NCBI GenBank assembly: GCA_041497675.1
Contig: JBGQGY010000121.1
Location: forward strand, 1 to 10,688
Length of the DNA: 10,688 nucleotides
DNA from: a bacterium
Lineage (GTDB): Bacteria > Sysuimicrobiota > Sysuimicrobiia > Sysuimicrobiales > Humicultoraceae
Reading direction: 5' to 3'
Part shown: one piece after another, positions 1-7,349 of the stretch
How the letters are laid out: every line of letters starts with the position of its first letter
Position numbering within the stretch: position 1 is the first letter of the stretch
Made by a program: the position numbers and the translations under genes
The notes under the pieces: model-generated
Database searches by the model: none
What the model saw: the letters and a program-made list of their open reading frames with translations, nothing else
What the model was told of the DNA's origin: nothing

Positions 1-552
1 GCCCACCTGCCGCTGCAACGTCTGCAACTCCTCGCGCATGCGCACGCGAAGACGGGCGTCCAGGTTGCTAAAGGGCTCGTCGAGCAGCAAGATCTTCGGC
101 TCCAGAACCAGCGCGCGCCCGACCGCAATGCGTTGCTGCTCACCTCCGGAGAGCTCGTGCGGGCGCTTGCGCCCCGAATCGGGCAGCCCCACCAGGGCCA
201 GGACGTCGGCGACCTTCTTGGCGATGACATCAGGGGCGAGTCCGCGAAGGCGAAGACCAAAGGCGATGTTGCCCGCCACCGTCATGTGCGGCCAGAGGTT
301 GAAGCGTTGGAACACCATCGCGGTCGGCCGGCGCTCAGGGGGCAGGCGCAGCACGCTGCGCCCGTCGATCAGAATGTCGCCCTGATCGGGGGTAATGAAA
401 CCACCAATCATGCGCAGCGTCGTCGTCTTGCCGCACCCGGAGGGGCCCAGCAGGCACATGAGCTCGCCGTCCCGCACCTCCAGGGAGAAGTCGTACACCG
501 CCGCCGCGGCGGCGAACCGCTTGGTCAGACCCGTCAGCTGGAGGTGCGCCAT
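1..552 (-). CDS. ABC transporter ATP-binding protein, PotA/MalK-like (5' part only; runs off the window start)
   Basis: Absent from the ORF track because no stop lies in the window. Manual translation from ATG at 552 gives MAHLQLTGLTKRF..., Walker A GPSGCGKT, Q-loop MVFQ, signature LSGGEQQR, Walker B/D-loop LLLDEPFSNLD. The frame is open to base 1 and begins 5 nt after the permease stop. Confidence 0.97.
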   Translation of the reverse strand, partial: MAHLQLTGLTKRFAAAAAVYDFSLEVRDGELMCLLGPSGCGKTTTLRMIGGFITPDQGDILIDGRSVLRLPPERRPTAMVFQRFNLWPHMTVAGNIAFGLRLRGLAPDVIAKKVADVLALVGLPDSGRKRPHELSGGEQQRIAVGRALVLEPKILLLDEPFSNLDARLRVRMREELQTLQRQVG

Positions 553-557
553 ACAGG

Positions 558-1394
558 TTAGAGGGCGTATCCCGCGGCCAGGTATCCCTGACGTAGTATC
601 CGCTGCGCGAGGAGGAGCAGGACCAACGACGGCAAGGTCAGCAAGATCGAGAAGACCGCGCCGACCGGCTGCGGGTAGTTGAGGACGAGCGTGTACATCA
701 TCACGGGCATCGTGATGATGTTGGGGCTGCCGACGATCAGGGTCCCCTGTGCCTCGTCGAACGCGGCCAAGAAGGCGAAGAGTGTGGCGACCAGGAGACC
801 CGGCATGGCGATCGGCAACGTGATCTGGAGGAACGTCCGCAGGCCGGACGCGCCGACGTCCCTGGCCGCTTCCTCAAGGCTCCGGTTGATCCCGCGGAAC
901 GTCCCGGTCGGGATCCAGATCATGAACAGGAGCGTGCCGACCAGTTGGATCAGCACGACCCCCCAGAAGGTCGTCATCAGGTGAATGCGATAAAAGAGCG
1001 TCGCAATGCTGATATACAAGCCGATCTTCGGGAACGAGTTGGCGCTCAGGAATGAGAGCAGCAGCAGCCGCCGGCCAGGGAACTCGAAGCGGGCAAATGC
1101 GTAGGCGGCGGGGAGACAGATGATGATCGAAAGCGCCGTCACAGTGGGCGCCGTCATCAGGCTGTATTTGATCGACTCCATGACCCCGCGGTTGCCGAAG
1201 ACTTCCGTCCACCATTTGAACGAGAACTCCTGGGGAAGAGCCGCCGGGTAAAACCATTGCCCGGCAAACGCCCAGAGCACGAGGCTGAGCAGTGGCCCCA
1301 GGATGAAGACCGCCAACCCGACGAGGAAGAGCACGGCGAGCCCGCGACGGAACGCGCCAACCGACAGAAACCAGAAGAACGACCGGGCACTCAT
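558..1394 (-). CDS. ABC transporter permease, PotC-like (278 aa)
   Basis: About six hydrophobic segments and an EAA loop SLEEAARDVGAS...TFLQITLP. ATG start overlaps the upstream permease stop (ATGA at 1391-1394). Confidence 0.96.
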   Translation of the reverse strand: MSARSFFWFLSVGAFRRGLAVLFLVGLAVFILGPLLSLVLWAFAGQWFYPAALPQEFSFKWWTEVFGNRGVMESIKYSLMTAPTVTALSIIICLPAAYAFARFEFPGRRLLLLSFLSANSFPKIGLYISIATLFYRIHLMTTFWGVVLIQLVGTLLFMIWIPTGTFRGINRSLEEAARDVGASGLRTFLQITLPIAMPGLLVATLFAFLAAFDEAQGTLIVGSPNIITMPVMMYTLVLNYPQPVGAVFSILLTLPSLVLLLLAQRILRQGYLAAGYAL

Positions 1395-2236
1395 GCGGTT
1401 TCGCGGCGGGCCACGCCCATCACGTATCCGGCACCCGCCAGCGCCGCGATCGCAAACGTGATCGCCGCGAGCGCGACTGCGATATCCGGTCGCAGATAGT
1501 TGGTGAAGTAGTTCGTCATGACGACACCGAGCATCTGCGGCGCGTTGCCGCCGACCAGGTAGGGGATCGTAAAGCTCCCCAGGATCCCGATGAACAGGAA
1601 GCAGAGAGAGATGATCGTCGCCACGGTGTTCAGCGGCAGAATCACCGAGAGAAACAGGCGCAGTGGCCCCGCGCCGACGTCGCGGGCGCTATCGATCAGC
1701 GAATCGTCGATGGCCTGCAAACCCGCGAGCAGGACCAGGGTCGCAAAGGGGATACTGGCCCAGACTTCCGTGAGCACGATCCCGACGGCGTTGAACACCA
1801 GGCGCGGCATTTCGTCAATGCCGACATAGTACAGTAACGTGGCCACGTACCCGTGGTTCTCGAGGAACGTGACCATGGCGAACGAGGCAATCACCACGGG
1901 AATGAATAACGGTACGATAAAGAGAGCCATGAGCGCCGAACTGACCCAGCCGCGCGTGAACCGCAGGTAGAGCGCGAGCGGGTACGCGAGCAGGAACGTC
2001 GCCGTCACCGACGCCAGGGTGACCATCACGGTGAACCCGACGCTGCGCCGCAGCGACACGGTCTGCAACATCTCGCGATATCGATCGAGCGTGTAGACGA
2101 CCTGCCCGGCGCGTTCCACTCGGAGCGTACCAAGGACAGCCTGCGCCGCCGGGTACAAGATGAGGAGAACCAACAGAAGCAGAGGAGGGAGCACCAGCAG
2201 AATGCCGGCCGCTCCCTCCCTGCCGAACGACTTCAC
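1391..2236 (-). CDS. ABC transporter permease, PotB-like (281 aa)
   Basis: Hydrophobic TM segments and EAA-like loop SLIDSARDVGAG...FLSVILP. Start reassigned from 2587 to GTG at 2236, which overlaps the binding-protein stop (GTGA at 2233-2236). The longer N-terminus in the track is an alternative frame of the binding-protein gene. Confidence 0.93.
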   Translation of the reverse strand: MKSFGREGAAGILLVLPPLLLLVLLILYPAAQAVLGTLRVERAGQVVYTLDRYREMLQTVSLRRSVGFTVMVTLASVTATFLLAYPLALYLRFTRGWVSSALMALFIVPLFIPVVIASFAMVTFLENHGYVATLLYYVGIDEMPRLVFNAVGIVLTEVWASIPFATLVLLAGLQAIDDSLIDSARDVGAGPLRLFLSVILPLNTVATIISLCFLFIGILGSFTIPYLVGGNAPQMLGVVMTNYFTNYLRPDIAVALAAITFAIAALAGAGYVMGVARRETA

Positions 2237-3372
2237 TGCGCCGATCCGGCCACCTTCTCCTGCCAGAGCCGCTTCGCGTCGGCCTGATACCTCGCGTTGG
2301 GCAGCGGGCTGAAGTTCCCGGCGATCCCCGCGAACTTGTCCCGGACGTCCTTGGGCATGTACTTCCACTCGATGCCCGGGTAACCGGCCAGTGTGTTCAC
2401 CACGACGGTCTGGGGTTTGGTGGTCAGCAGCCAGTTGAGGAACTGCAGACCGGCGGCCTGGTGTTCCGCGTGCACGGGTACCGCCATGGCCGAGTCGCCA
2501 CCGGTAAAGGCCGGGGTGATCTGCGTGAACTGGATGGTCTTGGGGATCAACCCCTGGTCGCGCTGGCTCACGCCCTGGTCGGACCACACCGGCGCCATCC
2601 AGATATTCTCGCGGCCGAGCAACTGCAGCACCGCGACGTTGCCGTTGGGGTAGAAACCCTGGTTGTAGATCGCGGGTTTCAGCGAACGCAGCAATTGCAG
2701 CGCCGGCTCCCAGGCGCCCTCCTTGGACGCATCGAACGCCAGCGTCGAGTAGTCTTCAGCCTTCACGAACTTGTAGATGGCGGTGTAGAGCATCGCCGCG
2801 CCCGATCCGCACGTTTGCGGGTCGCAATACGTGAACTTCCCCGGGTTCTTCTTGATCCACTCGAGGAGCTGGTCGTACGTCTTTGGCGGCTCCTTCACGT
2901 ATTTCGTGTTGTAGGCCAGCACGACGGACGATCCGCGGTAGGGGATGCCAAACCCGGCCGACACCAATACCTCGGGTCGCTGGAGATCGACTTTAGCAAT
3001 ATTGGTGAGATTATCCTTCGTGGGCTTCGTCCAGAGATTGTCCTGTGCGCCCCGCGCGATATCAGTGGGTTGAGTCTCGAAGAGGTCGACGTCGGTCAGG
3101 CTGTTCGCGCGTTTCGCGGCGATGATCTTGGCCATGATGGCCTCTCGCGCCTGGCCGTGCTCCAGGAACACCATCTTCGTCCTCATGCCCGTGTCCTTTT
3201 CGAACATCGGGAGAAGCTGCTTTTCGAACATCTGCTGAATGTTCGTGTCGCCGCTGATGTAGAGGATTACCCCGGGCGCCTGGCCCCGGGCAGGCTGCCC
3301 GGCCAGGCCTACGACGAGGGCCACCGCGGTCAGCAGGGTGGTCCAGCCGACCATGACGCGAAATCGTTTCAT
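2233..3372 (-). CDS. ABC transporter extracellular solute-binding protein, PotD/YnjB-like (379 aa)
   Basis: Start reassigned to ATG 3372, preceded by G-rich RBS GGGGGGACAAATCG. Signal peptide MKRFRVMVGWTTLLTAVALVVGLAGQPARG. Family-typical segments PYRGSSVVLAYN, PPKTYDQLLEWIKKNPGKFTY and AGLQFLNWLL. First gene of the ABC operon. Confidence 0.93.
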   Translation of the reverse strand: MKRFRVMVGWTTLLTAVALVVGLAGQPARGQAPGVILYISGDTNIQQMFEKQLLPMFEKDTGMRTKMVFLEHGQAREAIMAKIIAAKRANSLTDVDLFETQPTDIARGAQDNLWTKPTKDNLTNIAKVDLQRPEVLVSAGFGIPYRGSSVVLAYNTKYVKEPPKTYDQLLEWIKKNPGKFTYCDPQTCGSGAAMLYTAIYKFVKAEDYSTLAFDASKEGAWEPALQLLRSLKPAIYNQGFYPNGNVAVLQLLGRENIWMAPVWSDQGVSQRDQGLIPKTIQFTQITPAFTGGDSAMAVPVHAEHQAAGLQFLNWLLTTKPQTVVVNTLAGYPGIEWKYMPKDVRDKFAGIAGNFSPLPNARYQADAKRLWQEKVAGSAQ

Positions 3373-3505
3373 CGATTTGTCCCCCCCGAATAGCGTCCCG
3401 CCCCGCGAACCTGCTGCCGATACTCGTCCACGGGCCGGGCCGTTGGTACCGTTCGGCGGAGTTGGACCTTGTCCTCTCCGGCAGGGGCGGCCTGCGGCCC
3501 CGGCC

Positions 3506-3511
3506 AAGACT
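3506..3511 (+). promoter_or_regulatory. Possible -10 element (AAGACT) of a leaderless transcript for the 3518 gene
   Basis: Imperfect TAnnnT-type hexamer ending 6 nt before ATG 3518, and no Shine-Dalgarno sequence upstream of that ATG. No convincing -35. Confidence 0.3.
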
Positions 3512-3517
3512 ACGCGC

Positions 3518-4375
3518 ATGATCAACCCTCACGGCATCACCCTGCGTGCGAGTCCATCCCTATTCGGCGACCTCGGGTTTCTGCAGGACCTCGGGTACGA
3601 TGCCCTGGAGCTGTCACCCGACGCTTTCAACCTCCTGTTCTGCGGCCGGCTGCATCAGCCCATTGTGCGCGAGCTCCTGCCCGTGCTCCAGCGGTTCCCT
3701 TTCCGCTATTCAATCCACAGCCCGGCTATGCTCGACCTGCGGGACGTGGACGACCTGGACGTGCAGATGGAAATGGCGTTTTCGGTCGTGGAATTCTGCC
3801 GTCTGTTGGGCGCCGGGATGCTGGTCGTCCACTTCGAGCAGCAAAGCCCGGACCCGCGCGTGGAGGCGGTCTTTCTGGACGCCGTCCGACGGTTGGCCGA
3901 TCGGGCCCAGGCGCAAGAACTGCTGATCGGCATTGAGAACATCGAGGTCGAGCGGATGGCTCCCGTCTTGGACTTCGTACGCCGCGTGGATCATCCGAAC
4001 GTGGGCCTGACCTTTGACGCCGGCCACGCGTTCCTCTCAGCGCGCCACTTTGGGTTTGACTACCTGGAGGCTGTGGCGGCCGCGAAGCCGCTCTTGATTC
4101 ACCTGCACGTCACCGACAACTTCGGCCGCTACGATCCCCTTCGCATAGAGAACTTCACCTTGTACCGTACCCAACAGCCGCGCGACATAATCCCCTTGGG
4201 TAAGGGTGATCTGCATCTGCCGGTTGGTTGGGGGGCCATTCCGTTCGTCGAGACGTTTGCGTCGCTTCGGGGTTTTGGGGGGACCGTGATCACCGAATAT
4301 CCATACAACATGTTTCGCGGTCACGCGCAGGGGCTCGCGGAGGACCTCCGCTCACTCGTGAGGCGGCTGAGCTAG
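3518..4375 (+). CDS. Sugar phosphate isomerase/epimerase family protein (xylose isomerase-like / AP endonuclease 2 TIM barrel, 285 aa)
   Basis: Metal-binding pattern GIENIE, LTFDAGH, HLHVTDN, DLHLPVGWGAIPF, VITEY. Start reassigned from 3338, which overlaps the binding-protein gene, to ATG 3518 (MINPHGITL). Confidence 0.9.
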   Translation: MINPHGITLRASPSLFGDLGFLQDLGYDALELSPDAFNLLFCGRLHQPIVRELLPVLQRFPFRYSIHSPAMLDLRDVDDLDVQMEMAFSVVEFCRLLGAGMLVVHFEQQSPDPRVEAVFLDAVRRLADRAQAQELLIGIENIEVERMAPVLDFVRRVDHPNVGLTFDAGHAFLSARHFGFDYLEAVAAAKPLLIHLHVTDNFGRYDPLRIENFTLYRTQQPRDIIPLGKGDLHLPVGWGAIPFVETFASLRGFGGTVITEYPYNMFRGHAQGLAEDLRSLVRRLS

Positions 4376-5151
4376 ACGGCCAGCGCGCGGCGCAGGTACG
4401 CGAGGGCGCGCGGCACCGCCTCGCGGCTGGGCTCGGGGCCCTCATACTCGATCGACATCCACTCGTCGTATCCGGCCGCGCGCAGCAGGGGGATGACCGC
4501 GGCATGATCCACGCGGGCATCGCGACCGTCCGGCAACACCCGTGTGAACTTGGCGTGCACGTGCCAGGCCCGTCGCGCCGTACGCTCGATCGCGGCCAGG
4601 CCGTCGAGATAGTTGCCCGTGTCCAGCAATAGACCGAGGGATGGGCTGCGGACCGCGTCCAGGATGGCTTCGACGTCGTCCGCCGTCCGCACGAACCCAT
4701 CGTGGTTGTGATTTTCCATCACAAGGCGCACGCCCGCCGCCTGCGCCTGGCCGGCCACGTGGCGGAGGGCGGCCAGCATGCCGGGCCAGCGGTCCACCCG
4801 ATCGCCTTCGGGCCATCCGGCAAACGTCCGGAGAAACTGCGTCCGCAGCGTCTTTGACGCCTCCATCCAGCGCACGGTGCGCTGCTGCTCCGCCAGCCGC
4901 GCGCCTTCATCGGCCAGACCAAAATTGTTCATCAACGCGATGTTGACGATTTCGAGCCCGAATCCATCGGCGGCGGCCCGGATCTCAACGAGGCGCTCGG
5001 TCGTCGGCTCGCCGACGTGGCGATCTTCAACCTCAACGGCCGCCAGGCCCAGATCCTCGGCGCAGAGTCTGAACCAGTCGGGTAATGTCAGTTGGCCCGC
5101 GTCTAACTCCCGGCCGTAGGATTCCGAGCTGCACGCCAGGCGGATCGTCAC
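4372..5151 (-). CDS. Sugar phosphate isomerase/epimerase family protein (xylose isomerase-like TIM barrel, 259 aa)
   Basis: Motifs LVMENHNH, LLLDTGNY, HVHAK, GYDEWMSIEYEG. GTG start overlaps the upstream oxidoreductase stop (GTGA at 5148-5151). Confidence 0.93.
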   Translation of the reverse strand: MTIRLACSSESYGRELDAGQLTLPDWFRLCAEDLGLAAVEVEDRHVGEPTTERLVEIRAAADGFGLEIVNIALMNNFGLADEGARLAEQQRTVRWMEASKTLRTQFLRTFAGWPEGDRVDRWPGMLAALRHVAGQAQAAGVRLVMENHNHDGFVRTADDVEAILDAVRSPSLGLLLDTGNYLDGLAAIERTARRAWHVHAKFTRVLPDGRDARVDHAAVIPLLRAAGYDEWMSIEYEGPEPSREAVPRALAYLRRALAV

Positions 5152-6131
5152 GCGAGTGCCACCACCACGGGTTTGCCGTGCGCCGCGATGCTGGCATAGG
5201 CGGCGTCGAGGACGGCCAGGCTGTGAAAGGCGTCGTCGACGGTGACCGGGGGCGGGGCCAGGCCGAGACAGGCGTCGACGAAGGCGCGGTCCTCATCGAC
5301 GTATCCCCAGAGCGTCACCATGTCCGGTGAGGCGAAGTGCTGCCAGTCCGCACGGGGCTGCTCGCGGGTCGTGTGCCGCGCGCGGTCGAGGTCTTCCGAG
5401 ACCAACAACGCGTGATCTCCGTACAACTCGACGCGCTCCTGTGGCGTGGCCCACGATGCGTGGCCGCAGGTCGTCAACGCCACCGGCCGGTCGCCGGCGC
5501 ATCGCAAAAGCAGCGCGATGTCATCGTAATCCGGATAGCAGCTTTTTCGTCCAAGCGCCGCGACGCTCTCCACGCGACCCACGAGCCACGCGACCATGTC
5601 AAACAGGTGCACCGCCGTGTCGTACATGAAACCGCCGGAGACCGTCACGTTCGTGTACCACGATGGCGTGAGCATGTCGCCGTCGTTGATCTTGACGTTG
5701 GCCGAGTAGGGGACGAATCCCGCGTCGATATGCCCGCGCAAGAATCGATAGGCCGGCGACCAGCGGCGATTGAACCCCATCTGATACACGCGGCTGCCCG
5801 TCTTGACTCTGTCGCGGATCCGGCGGCCGTCGCCTAACGTGGTCGCCATCGGCTTTTCCTCGAAGACGTGCAGACCACGTTCGAGCGCCTCGAGCACGAC
5901 TTCGCAGTGGTAGACATTTGGGAGCGTGACGAAGACCGCGTCGATCCCGAGCGCATCGAGATCGGCCAGACTGCCGCAGGCGCGGGCCCCGGCCGGCTCG
6001 GCCGCCGCTGTGGCGGCCTCTGGGACAACGTCGGCGACGCCGACCAGCTCCACGCGGGGGTCGCGGCCGAGTGCGTCAACGTGGCGGCGGCCCATGGTCC
6101 CGGCGCCGATCAGCCCGACCTTCAAGCCCAT
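5148..6131 (-). CDS. Gfo/Idh/MocA family NAD(P)-dependent oxidoreductase (327 aa)
   Basis: Rossmann motif KVGLIGAGTMG, EKP motif (VFEEKPMA), MGFNRRW, catalytic DxxxH (MYDTAVHLFD). Start reassigned to ATG 6131 with RBS AAAGGTGGTG and a TAATG overlap with the upstream stop. Confidence 0.95.
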   Translation of the reverse strand: MGLKVGLIGAGTMGRRHVDALGRDPRVELVGVADVVPEAATAAAEPAGARACGSLADLDALGIDAVFVTLPNVYHCEVVLEALERGLHVFEEKPMATTLGDGRRIRDRVKTGSRVYQMGFNRRWSPAYRFLRGHIDAGFVPYSANVKINDGDMLTPSWYTNVTVSGGFMYDTAVHLFDMVAWLVGRVESVAALGRKSCYPDYDDIALLLRCAGDRPVALTTCGHASWATPQERVELYGDHALLVSEDLDRARHTTREQPRADWQHFASPDMVTLWGYVDEDRAFVDACLGLAPPPVTVDDAFHSLAVLDAAYASIAAHGKPVVVALA

Positions 6132-7267
6132 TATTCGATCACCACCTTTACTCGACGACCTTCGCGCCCGGCCTGATACAGGGCATCGCAGACGACGGCG
6201 CACCGATAGCCGTCCTCGAAGGTCGCGCCTTCCGGCGCGACCACGCCCCCTTCCACGATGGCCGTAAGAAACCGGTGAAGCTGGTGGACGAAGGCGTGCT
6301 CCCACCCAAGGATGTGCCCGGGCGGCCACCACAGCCCGCCGTACGGATGCTGAGGGTCGGTCACCAGGATCGATCTGAATCCCTCGATGCCATCGCCGCG
6401 CAGTGAGACCTGGAGCTCGTTGAGTCGTTCTAGGTTGAACGCGAGCGAGCCGCCGGCGCCGTTGACCTCAAACGTAAACAGGTTCTTCCGCCCGGCGCAG
6501 AACGTGCTGCCTTCCAGTGTGCCGAGCGCACCGTTTGTAAACTCCACCACCGCTTCCACGGCGTCCTCGACATCAACCGTGCCTTCACCGCCGTCCGGCC
6601 GCGGACGCCGGTCAATGAAGATGCGCGTCGCCGCGCTGACCGCGTCGATCTCCCCGACGAGATAGCGCGCCATGTCGACGGCGTGGGCGGCAAGATCGCC
6701 GATCGAGCCGCTCCCCGCCCGGTGGCGGTTGTGCCGCCACGCATACGGCGTCCCCGCATCGATCATCGACTCGTCACAGAATCGGGCGCGGAAGTGATAA
6801 ATGCGTCCAAGCCGGCCCTCGTCGATGAACCGCCGTGCCAGCCGCACCGCGGGCACGAACCGGTAGTTGTACCCGGTCATGTGCACGATATTGGCGCCGG
6901 CCACGGCCGCGAGCATCTGCGCCGCCTCCGGGGCCGATCGCGCGAGTGGTTTTTCGCACAAGATGTGGATATGACGGGCCGCCGCCGCGACGCACGGGTC
7001 GGCGTGCAGATCGTTGGGCGCCGTGTTGATCAGGATCTCGACGCGGGGATCGTCGACCAACCGCCGCCACTCCGTGTAGACGGCCTGGGCGCCGAACATT
7101 TGGGCGGTTGCGCTGGCCGCCGCCTCGGACCGTCCCGCCACCGCCACCACAATGGGGCGTCGCGGAACTGAGACGACGGTCGGCAGGCGGAGGATCGCTT
7201 GGAGGTGCGCCCGGGCTATGCCGGCATAGCCGAGCACGCCGACGCCAATCGGTGAGTTTCCGTCCAC
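6131..7267 (-). CDS. Gfo/Idh/MocA family NAD(P)-dependent oxidoreductase (378 aa)
   Basis: GVGVLGYAGIA, LCEKPLA, TGYNYRFVPA, GSIGDLAAHAVD, and C-terminal HPYGGLWWPPGHILGWEH typical of sugar/cyclitol dehydrogenase subgroups. GTG start at 7267. Confidence 0.95.
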   Translation of the reverse strand: MDGNSPIGVGVLGYAGIARAHLQAILRLPTVVSVPRRPIVVAVAGRSEAAASATAQMFGAQAVYTEWRRLVDDPRVEILINTAPNDLHADPCVAAAARHIHILCEKPLARSAPEAAQMLAAVAGANIVHMTGYNYRFVPAVRLARRFIDEGRLGRIYHFRARFCDESMIDAGTPYAWRHNRHRAGSGSIGDLAAHAVDMARYLVGEIDAVSAATRIFIDRRPRPDGGEGTVDVEDAVEAVVEFTNGALGTLEGSTFCAGRKNLFTFEVNGAGGSLAFNLERLNELQVSLRGDGIEGFRSILVTDPQHPYGGLWWPPGHILGWEHAFVHQLHRFLTAIVEGGVVAPEGATFEDGYRCAVVCDALYQAGREGRRVKVVIE

Positions 7268-7334
7268 AGTCCAACCGTTTACGGCGGAAGCGACCAGAAC
7301 CCTGCCGGGGGAATCACAGCTTGGTCGTGGAAGC

Positions 7335-7343
7335 TGTTATCTT
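7335..7343 (+). promoter_or_regulatory. Extended -10 promoter (TGtTATCTT), probably driving a leaderless LOG-RNB transcript
   Basis: TG-n-TATCTT at 7335-7343 followed by exactly 6 nt (GGGGAA) and then ATG 7350, the geometry expected when transcription starts at the start codon. Confidence 0.6.
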
Positions 7344-7349
7344 GGGGAA

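Noticed and set aside
38..682. Plus-strand ORFs 38-385, 133-561 and 395-682
   Set aside because: Antisense shadows of the ABC ATPase and permease. The real ATPase frame on the minus strand has all canonical motifs.
2237..2587. N-terminal extension of the 398-aa permease ORF
   Set aside because: Overlaps the binding-protein gene in another frame with low-complexity Arg/Gly/Pro sequence. GTG 2236 with a GTGA overlap is the better start.
2461..3393. 310-aa plus-strand ORF antisense to the binding-protein gene
   Set aside because: Shadow ORF expected from high-GC codon bias. It has no recognisable motifs and lies over a well-supported gene.
3478..3497. GC hairpin GCAGG-N5-CCTGC in the divergent intergenic region, considered as terminator or riboswitch
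   Set aside because: Short stem with no U-tract, positioned between divergent starts, and no recognisable riboswitch consensus such as TPP. Likely chance in GC-rich DNA.
3338..3525. Mutually overlapping N-terminal extensions of the binding protein (to 3525) and the TIM barrel (from 3338)
   Set aside because: The signal peptide and RBS place the binding-protein start at 3372, and the barrel fold starts at 3518. The interval is better explained as a divergent promoter region.
6132..6332. N-terminal extension of the 394-aa oxidoreductase ORF
   Set aside because: Lies inside the upstream gene. The Rossmann motif begins right after ATG 6131, which has an RBS and a TAATG overlap.
1..7267. Assigning gene symbols potABCD, iolG, iolE or lgdA
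   Set aside because: Family membership is clear, but orthology and substrate cannot be established by eye.
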